Source: Ascoidea asiatica JCM 7603 (Eukaryota; Fungi; Ascomycota). Taken from it: a stretch of DNA of 64,000 nt. A program made the translations under genes and the position numbers. The notes beneath the pieces were generated by a model that was not told the DNA's origin, did no database searches, and saw nothing but the letters and a program-made list of their open reading frames with translations. Shown piece after piece: positions 1 through 11,646 of the stretch; position 1 is the first letter of the stretch, and every line of letters begins with the position of its first letter. The stretch spans positions 351,989 through 415,988 of the forward strand of contig BCKQ01000013.1 in NCBI GenBank assembly GCA_001600695.1, written 5' to 3'.

Positions 1-156
1 AATTGGATTATCAATTGGATTATCAATTGGATTATCAATTGGATTATCAATTGGATTATCAATTGGATTATCAATTGGATTATCAATTGGATTATTAATT
101 AGATTATTGATGGGATTATTGATCGGATTATTAATTGGATTATTGATTAGATTGTT
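1..156. repeat. 12-bp coding minisatellite (AATTGGATTATC)n encoding (DNPI)n inside Doa10
   Basis: Seven perfect copies at 1-84 followed by about six degenerate copies; in frame with the DOA10 ORF. Confidence 0.9.
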
Positions 157-1908
157 ATCATTAATATTATTGTCTAGTATCTCGTTAACATCATCATGAA
201 TAGAATCATTATCAGAATTTTCATCTTCATTAAGATCTTGATTATGATCAAAATCATTATCAAATTCATTATCAGTTTCATTGTCAGGCACCACAACTGC
301 TTCATTATTATCACGATTTAAATTTAATTGATGATTTAAATTTAATTCCTGATGATCTATACGTAATGGCTGATTTAGATCTAAGGGATTAATTAATGGA
401 TTATTTATATTATTTATATTAAATGGATGATCTTGATCAAATTGATTAAGAAAATCTTCATTAAGTTCTCTAATTAAATGGCGATCATTAATTCTATTAT
501 GATGACGAATAAGTGCAGTAATATTTCTAATATCATTTTCTTCAATATTTCTAAAATCATTTTGATTTTGAATTGGATTTGGAATTCCATTTCGATTATT
601 TTGTACAGTTTGTAATCTTCTTAAAACAGCAATAATTTGCTCTCTTTGTAACCTTAAAAATGCAGGATTATTAACAATATTTTGAAGCATTTCAAGATTA
701 TTTGCATTTTCTATATCATCAATATTTGGTAAATTAATATTAATATCAATATTATTATTATTATCATTATTATTGTTAATATTATTATTTGGTAAAATAT
801 TATTATTATTATTTATTGGTAAATTTTCTCTTCTAATTCTTTGAAGATTTACATTATTTTTTTGATTATTACCAATTTTTTTATTAATAATTTTTTGAAA
901 AGATAAATCTCTTCTTATCCATTCATGAACAATAAAGAATAAAATATGAACAATTAAAATAATTAAAAGATACTTTAAAGAATCATAATGAGTACATTTT
1001 AAAAATATTAAAAAATTTAAAATTATATTATTTTTTTTTAAATAGTTTATCACATTAACGTCATTGTAAGTAGTGATATTATTAGTTATATTATTAGTGA
1101 TATTATTGGTTATATTATTAGCAACATCACCAGTAATGTCACTAGTAATATTATGTGCAATACTAGTGAATTTAGTAGTTCTATTTTGAAAATCTAAAAT
1201 GTGATTATAATTATTTATTGGTAAATAATATTCACCAAATAGTAAAGAGTAAAATAAATTTAAATTTATTGGAATTCTAAAATCAATTAACCAAGTTAAA
1301 ACTCTTGAAAAAATTTTGAAAAAAATTGGAATTTGAATAATTATTAAAATTATAAATAAAAAGATTTGAAAAATTTTTATGATAATTTTTTTTAAATTTT
1401 TAAATATTTTTTTGATTATTAGATTTTTTGGAATTTCTTTAGGCATGTTTGGATCATAAATAATTTTAAATTTATATGGAGTATGACAAATATCACATAG
1501 TGGAGGTTTATCAGATTTTATAGTGTTATTGGCATCATTATCGATACCATTATTGTTATTAATATTGATTGGAAATGGAGAATAATTATTTGAATGTTTT
1601 AACCATTGCATTAAACAATCTTGATGAATGAATTTGATTGAACCCCTGCATTTACAAGGATAAAATAAAGGATCTTCATCAGTGCCTTCACAACGACAAA
1701 TTCTACAAGTATTTTCTTCAGCGTCATTATTGTCATCATTGTCATTGTCATCATCATCATCATCATCATCATCAATATTATCCTCAGTATCTTCATTGTC
1801 ATCAATACTTTCTATATCAATATCAGTTTCATTATCAATATTATTGTTATTATCATCATGGATATGTATATGATTGTCTAGATTTTGATTATCTTGAATA
1901 TCTGCCAT
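1..1908 (-). CDS. SSM4: RING-CH E3 ubiquitin ligase Doa10/Ssm4, 5' part; runs off the window start
   Basis: Manual translation from ATG at 1908 gives an acidic N-terminus, then TCRICRCEGTDEDPLFYPCKCRGSIKFIHQDCLMQWLKHS...LCDICHTPYKFKIIYDPNMP (RING-CH/MARCH6 signature), then hydrophobic segments. It is absent from the ORF track because no stop lies inside the window. Confidence 0.93.
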   Translation of the reverse strand, partial: MADIQDNQNLDNHIHIHDDNNNNIDNETDIDIESIDDNEDTEDNIDDDDDDDDDNDNDDNNDAEENTCRICRCEGTDEDPLFYPCKCRGSIKFIHQDCLMQWLKHSNNYSPFPININNNNGIDNDANNTIKSDKPPLCDICHTPYKFKIIYDPNMPKEIPKNLIIKKIFKNLKKIIIKIFQIFLFIILIIIQIPIFFKIFSRVLTWLIDFRIPINLNLFYSLLFGEYYLPINNYNHILDFQNRTTKFTSIAHNITSDITGDVANNITNNITNNITNNITTYNDVNVINYLKKNNIILNFLIFLKCTHYDSLKYLLIILIVHILFFIVHEWIRRDLSFQKIINKKIGNNQKNNVNLQRIRRENLPINNNNNILPNNNINNNNDNNNNIDININLPNIDDIENANNLEMLQNIVNNPAFLRLQREQIIAVLRRLQTVQNNRNGIPNPIQNQNDFRNIEENDIRNITALIRHHNRINDRHLIRELNEDFLNQFDQDHPFNINNINNPLINPLDLNQPLRIDHQELNLNHQLNLNRDNNEAVVVPDNETDNEFDNDFDHNQDLNEDENSDNDSIHDDVNEILDNNINDNNLINNPINNPINNPINNLINNPIDNPIDNPIDNPIDNPIDNPIDNPIDNPI

Positions 1909-2680
1909 TTTTAATCAGATTGAATAACTAGCTGGTCGCTGAGAAATATAGATTGAAAAGATAACTATACAGAATCGTAGTAAGTAGGATAAAATAAAAT
2001 AAAACAGAAAATGCTTAGAAATTGAGTGATTATTTGCTTAATTGATTGATTGATTGATTAATTAATTGATTGATGATTTGATGATAAGATATGAATTACA
2101 AAAAAATTATGAATTTAATTTATAGGGTAAATAATAAGTTTAGTAATGAAATACTAAAGAAAAAAAAAAGAAGCTTTAAATCTAGTGTTGACAGACGTAA
2201 AATAGAGGTGAAGTGACTGAAACAGTAGTAAAGTGGTAATAAGTAAAGCGGAGCAGACCGGGTAACACTAAACCCAGCACAGCCCCACAAGATCTACTTG
2301 CCACAGAATATTTGAAAAGGAATGTGGCGTGTGAAAAAGCACAGAAAAGCATAAAAAATTCCACCGTTTTCCATGGCCTTCCACGCTGACAAAGGTATTA
2401 CAAGGTACACCCATGCAGAAAAAGCCGGATAGATGCAGGTCGGAAATTGTGCAGTCACATGATATATTTTGTTCTCAACGACAATCGAGGCCTGTGTTTT
2501 TACTCAGAGGCACCAGAAACAGCAGCAAAAGAAGCTGTTTCGTCTCTTCCGTTGCTTTTGATCCACTTCTTTTCATATCTTTTCTTCTTTTCTTCACTTT
2601 AATATTTGTTGTATCAATAGGCATTCATTCTTTTAAACTCGCAAATTACAATCAAGTAAAACTTCAAATAATTTAAAATA

Positions 2681-3001
2681 ATGATCAGAAGACAGCCCAC
2701 AGTTATCAAACTTACTCCAGAAGATATAATTCAGTATGACGAAGAGAAACAATTCCAGCATCTTAGATCTTCTGCTCTCGGTACTTTAGATGTTTCAATA
2801 GATCCAAATAATTCAAATTCTAGTATTAATCAAAATATAGATACTTCTTCAAATAATCTTGTTGCCTTAAATACCGCTGGTATATCTTCCTCAATTTCAA
2901 ATCCTACAAATCCTACAAATAAATCTGAAAATGTTAGTATTTTAAATCAATTAAGAAGCTTAAAATCAAGAGAAGATAGAATTGGTTTAAACGATCATTA
3001 A
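2681..3001 (+). CDS. CDC26: Anaphase-promoting complex subunit Cdc26
   Basis: N-terminal MIRRQPTVIKLTPEDI matches the Cdc26 MxRRxPTxxxL motif; small size and C-terminal REDRIG are typical of fungal Cdc26. Confidence 0.85.
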   Translation: MIRRQPTVIKLTPEDIIQYDEEKQFQHLRSSALGTLDVSIDPNNSNSSINQNIDTSSNNLVALNTAGISSSISNPTNPTNKSENVSILNQLRSLKSREDRIGLNDH

Positions 3002-3129
3002 TAAAATACATTCATTAATAGTATTATTTTTAATTATCTCTATCATCTTTAATATTATATTTAGTACATTTAATATCAAGATACTGGTTATGGCTGAATG
3101 CTGGATGTTTTCCTTTGTTGATTTAATTT

Positions 3130-3174
3130 TCGCGTCTTTTATTAATTAATCACAATACTAATTTTATTACGCGT
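3130..3174. promoter_or_regulatory. Two MCB (MBF-binding) elements upstream of IRR1
   Basis: TCGCGT at 3130-3135 and ACGCGT at 3169-3174, about 200-250 bp upstream of the ATG in otherwise CpG-free DNA; cohesin genes are classic MBF targets. Confidence 0.65.
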
Positions 3175-3377
3175 TTTATACTTCTATTCATAAAATTTCC
3201 TTACTGTAACAACAATATAACTACTGTACCATTATGTATTTTATATATTTATCTATCTACATCTATCTATAATCAACTCATTATTTCATCATTAATCATT
3301 AATTCAATTGATAGATCTATCAATAAATCAATTATTTAACAATTTAACGATTCAGTTATTAATTTTTTGAATTAGAA

Positions 3378-6300
3378 ATGAATTCCGAAATAACTGTTAC
3401 TGATTCTTCTGTTCTGTTAATCGATTCCGATTCTAATAATACTGAAAATTTACAAAATATAAACATTCAACAGAATCAAGATATTAATACTGATAATATC
3501 GATAATAATAACAATAATAAAAGACGTTCAAGTAGATTAAGATCTTCTCAACCAAAAAATTATAATGAAAATACTTTACTAAGATTGAATACAACTCTTC
3601 GCTCAACCTCTTCACCAATTAAATCAATCAATAAAAAAAAGAAATCTATAACTTTCAATAATGAAAATCAGGATCAGGGAATAGAAGAAGAACAAAAAGA
3701 ATCTGATGAAAATGCAATTGAAAATTATCATAATGAACTGTCTGGAATAGATTCCGATTCTGAACAAGATGATAATGACAGTGATGAAGATTATACTTTA
3801 AATTCTTCAAATAAACGTAAAAATAAAAGTAAGAAAAGAAAAAAAAAAAATACTCAAAAATCAATACTTAAATCAAACACAAATAAAAGACAAAAGTTAA
3901 ATTCTTCAAATCATGTAACAATAAATTCAAATTCAAATAATAATAATCCTAATGGTAAAATTATTTATTCAAAATATTTAAAAGAATTAGAAGATAATTT
4001 ACCAAGTAATTATTTATATGATGCTTTGTTAGATAATGATACTTCTTTATTAGAATTAGCTAATTCTTGGTTAGATGATTATTTAATAAATAAAATTAAT
4101 TCTTTGAAAAATTTAATTAATTTAATTTTAAGATCTTCTGGTTGTTTAACTCAAGTTAATGATCATGATATTTTGAATAATGATTTATCAAAAGATACTA
4201 TCTTTGAAATTCAAATTTTTTTGAAAAATCAAAAATTTCATGATTTTCCAATTTTTTCAAAAATTTTAAAATTTAAAAATTTCAAAAAAAATTTATTTAT
4301 CTTTTTTGATCATATAATTAATTTATCTTATGAAAAAAATTTATTATTCAGTAATGATGATGATAATGATGATGATGATAATGAAGAAAATAATGATAAT
4401 AATGATCTTTGCGAAAATTTATTAATTTGGTTAGGTGGTTTATCATCTTCTGAAACAAGGCCATTAAGAATAGTTTCAACTTTGATTTTACTAAATATTG
4501 AAACAAGTTTTTGTCAATTAATTATCAAAACTTCAAAATTATTTGAGAAAAATCAAACAAATTTAATTTTAGAAAAAGATAAAATTAAAAATTTAAATAA
4601 AAAGTATAATTCAAAAAAATCAACAAAATCTGAAAAATCTAAAATTACAAAAGAAATTAAAAAAATTAATAAAAGATGTGATAAATTCAATGAAAATTTA
4701 AATTTATATCATTCTCAAAAATCAATTTTGAATAAATTTATTAAAGATATTTTAAATACAAGTTTTATTCATAGATATAAGGATATTGATAAAAAAATTA
4801 GAATTTCATGTATTAAATCTTTAGGTATTTGGATGGATTTATATCCAGAATTATTCTTTGAATCTTCTTACTTAAGATATTTCGGGTGGTTATTAAGTGA
4901 TGAAGATCATCTTGTTAGATTAGAAGTTTTAAAACCTTTAATAAAATTATATAAAAAGGGTTTAATCGTTCCTGGATTTAGACAATTTACTGAAAGATTT
5001 AAAAATAAGATTATTGAATTAGCAAATTATGACTCTGATTTAACTGTAAGAATTAATTCTATCCATTTACTAACTGAAATTAATAAAATTGGATTTCTAG
5101 AACAAGATGAAATTGTTAAAATCTCTTCTTTAATTTTTATTGATTTAACTTTTGAAAATGAAAGACTCTCAAATGAATTAGTAAAATTTATAAATTTAAT
5201 TGAAATTGAAAAATCAAAAGATTTTAAATCTCAGTATAAACAAGAAATCAAGGAAATAAATCAATTATTACCTTTTGATTTGAATGATATTATGAAATTT
5301 AAAAGTCTAATTGAAGTTATTAATGACGCATTTGAAGAATTTCAAACATCAAAAGAAAATGAAGATTTCAATGAAGATGATATAGATGAACAATTCAATC
5401 TAAATCAAGAAAGTAATAATAGTAATAATACTGAAAAGGAAAACAATTCTAATATTGATAGCACAGATACGAATAATTATGAAAATTTTCAAGATTATGA
5501 ATCAAATTTAAAAGAAAAGCAAAAAAATTTGCAGATTCTAAAACATAAAAAAAAGTTGGAAATAATTTCTAATTTTAAAAACTCTTTAACCAAAATGAAT
5601 CCAATTAAATTGCTAACGGACTTAAATTTATCTTCTTTAGCTAAAGTTGGAAAAATGTTTTTCAAAAACTTATCTTCATATAACTCTTGTTGGAAATTTC
5701 TAATTGATTATTTATTATGGGATTCATCATCTGTCGAGATTCCAAATCCTGCAATTAAGGAAATGATCGATCTTGAAAATAATGATAATCATGATAATGA
5801 AATAATTTTATTAAATTTTCTACATGGGGTCTTACACTCAATTATTAATGAAGAAAAGCTCAATTATGTTATTTTAAAAAATAATAAGTCTACAAAAGTC
5901 AAAGGGCGAAAATCAAAAAGACAAATAGAAATGGAAGCTGAAGCTCTTGAAGAACAAGAAGAACAAGAGGAAGAAGAAGAAATTGAAAAACATAATGATA
6001 ATGATGACAATGAAGAAAATGAGGAAAATGACAATGTAGATAAAGAAGAAGCAGAGGAAGAAACAACTGATTCAATTTTGAGCAAGCTAATTCTTAATTT
6101 ACCTTCATTAGTTAATAAGTATTGCACAATATCTTCTAGTACTTTGAAAATTGGGTTTAAAATATTTGGATTAATTGATTTTGAAAAATTTATTTCTAAC
6201 AATGAACAGAAAATTATATTCAAAAAAATTGTAAGTCAGCTTTTAAAGATTTTTAAGGAAGATAATATATTTGAAGTAAAAGAGAGTGAAGAATCTATTG

Positions 6301-8210
6301 CAAGTGAAATAATTGATAAAGATTGTGAATTATTAGAAGATGAATATGTTTCGTTATTTGTAACATTGAAAAATAATGATTTGATAAGTGATGATATGAA
6401 AATTGATTTACAGAATTTAATATTAGAAATAGTTGCAGAATTGAAGAGTGACTTTGATAATGATAAATCAAATAATTTGACTTTTGAATTTATTGATATG
6501 ATAAGTATAAGTATCAAAAAACTACTCGTTATTGGAAAATCCTCCGATATATCTGATTTTTTATCTAATGATTTAATTAAAGAAATAATTGAAAAATTCA
6601 TGGATTCCTTAGCATTTCTTGTTGACGATACAATGATGATGAATAGTCAAGTTGATATTAAGTTACATTATAATTCTATTTGCTCCATTTTTCAATTATT
6701 ATCGTGCCACTGTTCATGGAAGCTTGAAAAATTATTAGCATTTGCATTAGGAGAATCAAGCGAGGGCCTTTTAGATTCTAGCAATGATGATGATAACAAT
6801 GATGAGAATAATAAAAGCAAAAAGAATAATGATAATGAACATGAAAATGAAATGGAAAATGAAAATGAAAATGAAAAAGAAATTGAGAATGAGAATGAGA
6901 ATCAAAATGAAAATCAAAAAGATGATGGGAATAATAAAGACAATGATAATATTATTAGCGATGAAACTAATATTTTGAATTCGAATAAAAGTGATAATAA
7001 AGATAAAAGAAGATCCATTCATTTTTATTTAAAGAGTTATCATTTAATTTTAACATCATTCAAAAGCCTTATAAAAGACGATAGTTTAAAAAACTTTGAA
7101 CTTAAGTTCAATTGCTCAAAATATTTTATTGATATAATGGTTTCATTTACAATTTTTTTCGTCAAGTTTTCAAAAAACTCTAAGCTAAATGAATTCTATA
7201 ACGATTTCGAATTTTATATTAAGAATGAAATGGAAGAAGAAACTGAAATTGATGAAGATCTTCAAAAGTCATTAATGGATATTTTTTTGAATCTTGAAGC
7301 AGATTTGGGTGAATTATTAAATATTCAATTGGACAGATATGATGACGAAGATGTTAATTATGGTACCATACATAAAAACCTTGAAAATGAAGATGCTTTA
7401 ACACAACGTGAGCTTAATTTTGAAAAGGAAAATGAAACGGAAGATGAAAAAAATATTAAATTAATGGAAGCTGAAAAAAAATTATATGATGTCACTATAA
7501 AATTACAATTGTTAATGAATTGTGGATTGGGAGAAGACGAAGGAAGTTTCTCAACTGCAAGGTTGATCTTGAATCAAGATAAATTAGGAGATGTTTTTAA
7601 GAATATCACTGAAAGTACCATTTTTAATAGTGAGGACTCTAATAAAGATGCTCGAAGTGGAAATGTAGACTCTAATTCTGTTACTGCTAGTCCCGGTCCA
7701 TATTCTCCTGCTAATGAAGAGATTGATAATGAAGAAATGGAAGATCCGGTGGAAGACGATGATGAAAATAACCATCAAAATGAAGATGGTAATGATAATG
7801 AAAATGAACAGGAGAATGGCCGTGAAAAGGAAGCTGAAGATGAAGAGGAAGATGACCATGAACACCAAGATGAGCCTTCAAAAGAAAAAGAACTTGAAAA
7901 CGAAGTTGAAAATCTAGAGAGGCGTGAAGTTGAAAATTCATTACAAGCTGAAAACAAAAGGGGAGTTGTAGAACCAATTAAAGAAATAAATTTAGATAAT
8001 ATTCATTCTCAAGATAGTAATAACATTGATGAAGAAGGTGATGAAATCATGAAAGATGTTTCGAGTCAAGAGAAAGGTAAATCTAGTGAGCTGGACATAA
8101 ATTTAGAAGAATCTGGTCTTTATGATTTTCCAGCTAATCCTTCTTCAACTGCTATAGAAGTTGAAGATTCAAGTATGTTCACAACAACTACAACTACGAG
8201 TGAACTGTGA
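3378..8210 (+). CDS. IRR1: Cohesin subunit Scc3/Irr1 (STAG domain)
   Basis: STAG/SCD motifs LSSSETRPLRIVST and FIHRYKDIDKKIRISCIKSLGIWMDLYPELFFESSYLRYFGWLLSD; lengthened by acidic/Asn-rich insertions. Confidence 0.95.
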   Translation: MNSEITVTDSSVLLIDSDSNNTENLQNINIQQNQDINTDNIDNNNNNKRRSSRLRSSQPKNYNENTLLRLNTTLRSTSSPIKSINKKKKSITFNNENQDQGIEEEQKESDENAIENYHNELSGIDSDSEQDDNDSDEDYTLNSSNKRKNKSKKRKKKNTQKSILKSNTNKRQKLNSSNHVTINSNSNNNNPNGKIIYSKYLKELEDNLPSNYLYDALLDNDTSLLELANSWLDDYLINKINSLKNLINLILRSSGCLTQVNDHDILNNDLSKDTIFEIQIFLKNQKFHDFPIFSKILKFKNFKKNLFIFFDHIINLSYEKNLLFSNDDDNDDDDNEENNDNNDLCENLLIWLGGLSSSETRPLRIVSTLILLNIETSFCQLIIKTSKLFEKNQTNLILEKDKIKNLNKKYNSKKSTKSEKSKITKEIKKINKRCDKFNENLNLYHSQKSILNKFIKDILNTSFIHRYKDIDKKIRISCIKSLGIWMDLYPELFFESSYLRYFGWLLSDEDHLVRLEVLKPLIKLYKKGLIVPGFRQFTERFKNKIIELANYDSDLTVRINSIHLLTEINKIGFLEQDEIVKISSLIFIDLTFENERLSNELVKFINLIEIEKSKDFKSQYKQEIKEINQLLPFDLNDIMKFKSLIEVINDAFEEFQTSKENEDFNEDDIDEQFNLNQESNNSNNTEKENNSNIDSTDTNNYENFQDYESNLKEKQKNLQILKHKKKLEIISNFKNSLTKMNPIKLLTDLNLSSLAKVGKMFFKNLSSYNSCWKFLIDYLLWDSSSVEIPNPAIKEMIDLENNDNHDNEIILLNFLHGVLHSIINEEKLNYVILKNNKSTKVKGRKSKRQIEMEAEALEEQEEQEEEEEIEKHNDNDDNEENEENDNVDKEEAEEETTDSILSKLILNLPSLVNKYCTISSSTLKIGFKIFGLIDFEKFISNNEQKIIFKKIVSQLLKIFKEDNIFEVKESEESIASEIIDKDCELLEDEYVSLFVTLKNNDLISDDMKIDLQNLILEIVAELKSDFDNDKSNNLTFEFIDMISISIKKLLVIGKSSDISDFLSNDLIKEIIEKFMDSLAFLVDDTMMMNSQVDIKLHYNSICSIFQLLSCHCSWKLEKLLAFALGESSEGLLDSSNDDDNNDENNKSKKNNDNEHENEMENENENEKEIENENENQNENQKDDGNNKDNDNIISDETNILNSNKSDNKDKRRSIHFYLKSYHLILTSFKSLIKDDSLKNFELKFNCSKYFIDIMVSFTIFFVKFSKNSKLNEFYNDFEFYIKNEMEEETEIDEDLQKSLMDIFLNLEADLGELLNIQLDRYDDEDVNYGTIHKNLENEDALTQRELNFEKENETEDEKNIKLMEAEKKLYDVTIKLQLLMNCGLGEDEGSFSTARLILNQDKLGDVFKNITESTIFNSEDSNKDARSGNVDSNSVTASPGPYSPANEEIDNEEMEDPVEDDDENNHQNEDGNDNENEQENGREKEAEDEEEDDHEHQDEPSKEKELENEVENLERREVENSLQAENKRGVVEPIKEINLDNIHSQDSNNIDEEGDEIMKDVSSQEKGKSSELDINLEESGLYDFPANPSSTAIEVEDSSMFTTTTTTSEL

Positions 8211-8389
8211 TATAATTGAATCAATAACCTTTTATTTGTTTTTCTTTATGTTTCATGCTTTGTGTATATTTTGTTAGTTTGCTTTGGCTGTCTTTGATAC
8301 CCTTTTATTTTTTATATAACTATATTATATTATCTTATCTAATTGCTGTATATTTTTGCTTTGAATCGTTCCATAGATATTTAGCTTTA

Positions 8390-9122
8390 TTCCTATTTAA
8401 TAATGAATTTCTTAAAAAAGCTTTTGTTCATGACGTGAGATGAAATAAATGCTCCTAAAAAACATTGAGTGAAATTGAAAGAATTGTAGATGAGGAAGCA
8501 AGAATTGCGAAGGTTTATGCCGTCTGATAGAAACAATCTTTTAAGATGAATATTATGTGAATTATAATGGTGTCATACAGATTTTTCTCAATTTTATTAG
8601 AAACTTGGTCTTCTAATTGTGCAGGGTTTTTTTGGCTTTTGGGTAAACTGTTCACTCTTGTAGATTTTCTCTTTCTGATAATATTATTGTTATGTGAGAA
8701 TAAACCATTAGCTTTTTTTATTTTTTCGCGATCTTCTTCAATTTGAAATTTAGAGAGTTCTTTTCATCGTTTAAGATTTCAGTGCATTTATTAATAGGCT
8801 CTATAGTGATCAATTTTCATTCTCTGATTTAATTTTTATAGACTCTATTGCATGAGGACTTGAAAATGTTGGTGATTTTCCTCCCAGTGTATTTTTCAGA
8901 TCAGATATTTCTTTCAAAGGTGATTTAGTTGTTTCCTTCGAAATAAAAAGATTATTAAGATTATTTGAATTTTTAAAAGTAGTTGAGTTTTCAAAAGGTC
9001 CAATTCCGGGAGAGAGTAATTTGAGTGTTATTCAATTTTTTTTATCCAGTATATTATTTTTTTTATCTGAAGTATTGCTTTCTTCTTTTTTCTTATTGGG
9101 AGAAATAAGTTAAGAAATTTTG
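8390..9122 (-). pseudogene. Decayed 3' coding remnant of the PWWP gene
   Basis: Protein-like stretches (e.g. SPLKEISDLKNTLGGKSPTFSSP; EILNDEKELSKFQIEEDREK) continue past the stop but are broken by several frameshifts and stops. Confidence 0.55.
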
Positions 9123-9891
9123 TCATAAGGTGCAGCAGAAATGTCCCTTTTTCTGAAATATTTTTACTTGTACTTCATTTTTTTTACTTGAATTTTGTTT
9201 TCTTTTTCTATTCAAAGTTTCTCTTCTAGGATTTTTACTATCAACATTAAATTCTGCTTCAACAGAAGCAGTTTTTCTTGTTTCAATTTCTTCACCTTTT
9301 TTTGCTATTTTCTTTATTTTTTGAGATTCAGTTACTTTAGGCCCAGATTTAACATTGTCAATTTTATCACTAGAATTCAACTCTTGTTCTGAAGAATTAT
9401 TTTGTGCATTTTCTGTATAAAATAAATTTTCTTCAAATGGAATTATTTGTTTATATTTGTAAAAACTATTGATATCTTTATATTTTATCGCATCTTTTAG
9501 TCCTTTTATTACAATTTCAACAATCGATCTTCTCTTTGATTTTTTTTTTTTAGGTTTTTTTGATAGTTTATTTATAAGTTTGTTAATCTCTTCATCGTCT
9601 AAAATTATATAGTTACTTGAGTTGACCCATCCAGCAGAATTGTGATTATAAAAACAAGAGAAGTAAAGATTATCTCCCTTGGGAAGCTTATCACTTTGGC
9701 TAGCAAACGTTTCAGGAATAATCTAAATATTTGAAAAATTAGTTTAATTGTTAGTCCGAAGTTAAATCTCAAATAATAGCTAAGATTATATAAGTTAATG
9801 AAAAAAAACATACCATAGCAGGCCAAGGGTCATACCCTGGAATAGTTAAATATATTCTAGTTCCAATAGGTAATTCATTGCTTTCAACCAT
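9123..9891 (-). CDS. PWWP-domain protein (Ioc4/Pdp3-like); exon 1 9891-9814, intron 9813-9723, exon 2 9722-9123; 225 aa, apparently C-terminally truncated
   Basis: GTATGT donor, GGACTAAC branch point (9750-9757) and TAG acceptor. The spliced product reads MVESNELPIGTRIYLTIPGYDPWPAM|IIPETF...NLYFSCFYNHNSAGWV, a PWWP signature, and continues in frame into track ORF 9123-9380. Confidence 0.78.
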
Positions 9892-10439
9892 TTAGAGCGA
9901 TTAAGTGTAAAATCAAACAAAATCTTTTTAGCTTTGAGTAAAACACCTTTATAACCCAGTGACAATATTAAAGGTTTTTTACTTGATGAGTTTTATTTAA
10001 AAAGAAAATATGTCTGAGGATATATATTTTTTTCAGTTCATCGATAGTTTGTTCTCGCAACTCCCCCCTTGAGTATTTCTGGATGCTTTATGCCCTTATT
10101 TATACTGTATTTCAAAATAGAGTAAGATTAAAATTCTATTTCATATTCTATTTCGCTCAATCCAATTGTTGCCTGATTTGATTTTACATTTTTTTATAGG
10201 CTTAGAATATTTTACTTTGCTGTTTGAGTTTGACTTTAATGAACCTGGAAAAACTAATTCTGATTATAAATACTCTGAGTTTGAATTTACTCATAATCAT
10301 TATTTTTTATTTGATTGAACAAGTTATAACTGTTTTATAATTTTTTGTTAGGCTTTTATATGCTATGAAAAAAAAAAACTTATATATATACATATCACTT
10401 TACACGATCACATAGACTAAAAAGCCACGAATAAGAAGC

Positions 10440-11560
10440 TATTTTACTAGAACCACTAACATTACTATCATCCTCATATTCCAATAAATCAAATTTAGAT
10501 AGTTCTTCAGGCTCATTATATTCGCAATCGCTTCCATCATCTTGATCATCATTTAGTAAATAATATAGATTGTTTTTCCTTTTTCCATTTCTGCAACTTT
10601 ATTTTAATTTTAATTTTCTCTTTTGAATTTCTTTTTCAATTGATTGAATTTCTTTGTCTGAACCTAAAGATTCAATTATCCATTTTGCATATCTTAAAAT
10701 TTTAATAATTTGATCATGATATTTTATTAACAAAGGTCTATGACTTAATGTAATAAAAGTTATTTTTTTAGTTTTTTAAAGCTCAAAAAAATAATTTTCA
10801 ATATCTTCAGATATTGCATTTGTCGATTTATCTAAAATTGCAAATACTGGTTTTTTGAATAAAATTCTTGCAAATCCAATTCTTTGTTTTTCTCCACCAC
10901 TTACTAAATCTTGCCATTCTTTAATAGAATTAAAATTACTCATATTATAATAATCAAAATTATTTAAATCATTATCTATTTTCTCATCTAATGATTTTTT
11001 TCCATTTGGATCTTTAATCTTTAGAGATACATCATTTGATTCAAAATGACATTCCAATAAATAATCTAACTTAACTTCTTTTTAAATTCAAAGATAAATT
11101 TTTAATTAAACATTCTCCATCAGAACCCAATTGAGATAGAATAATCACTAATAATCATTTTTAACTGTTCCCTTTCTATCATAACCATATTTATGACCGT
11201 AATTAAAAATTGAAGAATGAGCTTTATGAAGTAAATCTAATGAATTAAATATTCTATTTGTATATGCCAATTAAATTAGAGATATCTTTAATACTATTAT
11301 ACATTAATCGACAACATTAATCTTTTGTTAATTATAAATTGTCTCAAATTTTTTGATTGCATTGAAGCTTTGTTTTCATTTTTATCAATTTTTCCAACAA
11401 TTTTAGTTTGACTGGTACCACCAGATTTTATTGAAGAAAATAACAAGGTAAAGTAGCTTAACGGTGTAAATAAAGTATCTTCTTTTCCTTTCATTTCTTT
11501 ACTTCTTTATTTCTTTCTCTCTTTCTTCTTTTTGCTCACCAATTATTATATTCAATGGTC
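10440..11560 (-). pseudogene. PXA1: Peroxisomal ABCD transporter Pxa1 pseudogene with large internal deletions
   Basis: ABC signature VSGGEKQRIGFARILFKKP, mutated Walker B (ILDK instead of ILDE), STNAISEDIE, in-frame stop at 10776, then FITLSHRPLLIKYH; upstream fragment AYTNRIFNSL. The transmembrane domain and Walker A are missing. Confidence 0.8.
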
Positions 11561-11646
11561 ATCAGAAATTCGATTATTACCTTCAGAGCCAATAGAGAAT
11601 TGGATTGAGTTTACAGCTTTTATTGAGTTCCTTTTATTTACCAATC

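Noticed and set aside
1611-1931. Poly-Met, poly-His and poly-Ser ORFs in the track
   Set aside because: They are alternative-frame shadows of the (GAT)n acidic tract of DOA10.
3655-7977. Several short ORFs overlapping IRR1
   Set aside because: They are antisense or off-frame shadows of low-complexity coding sequence.
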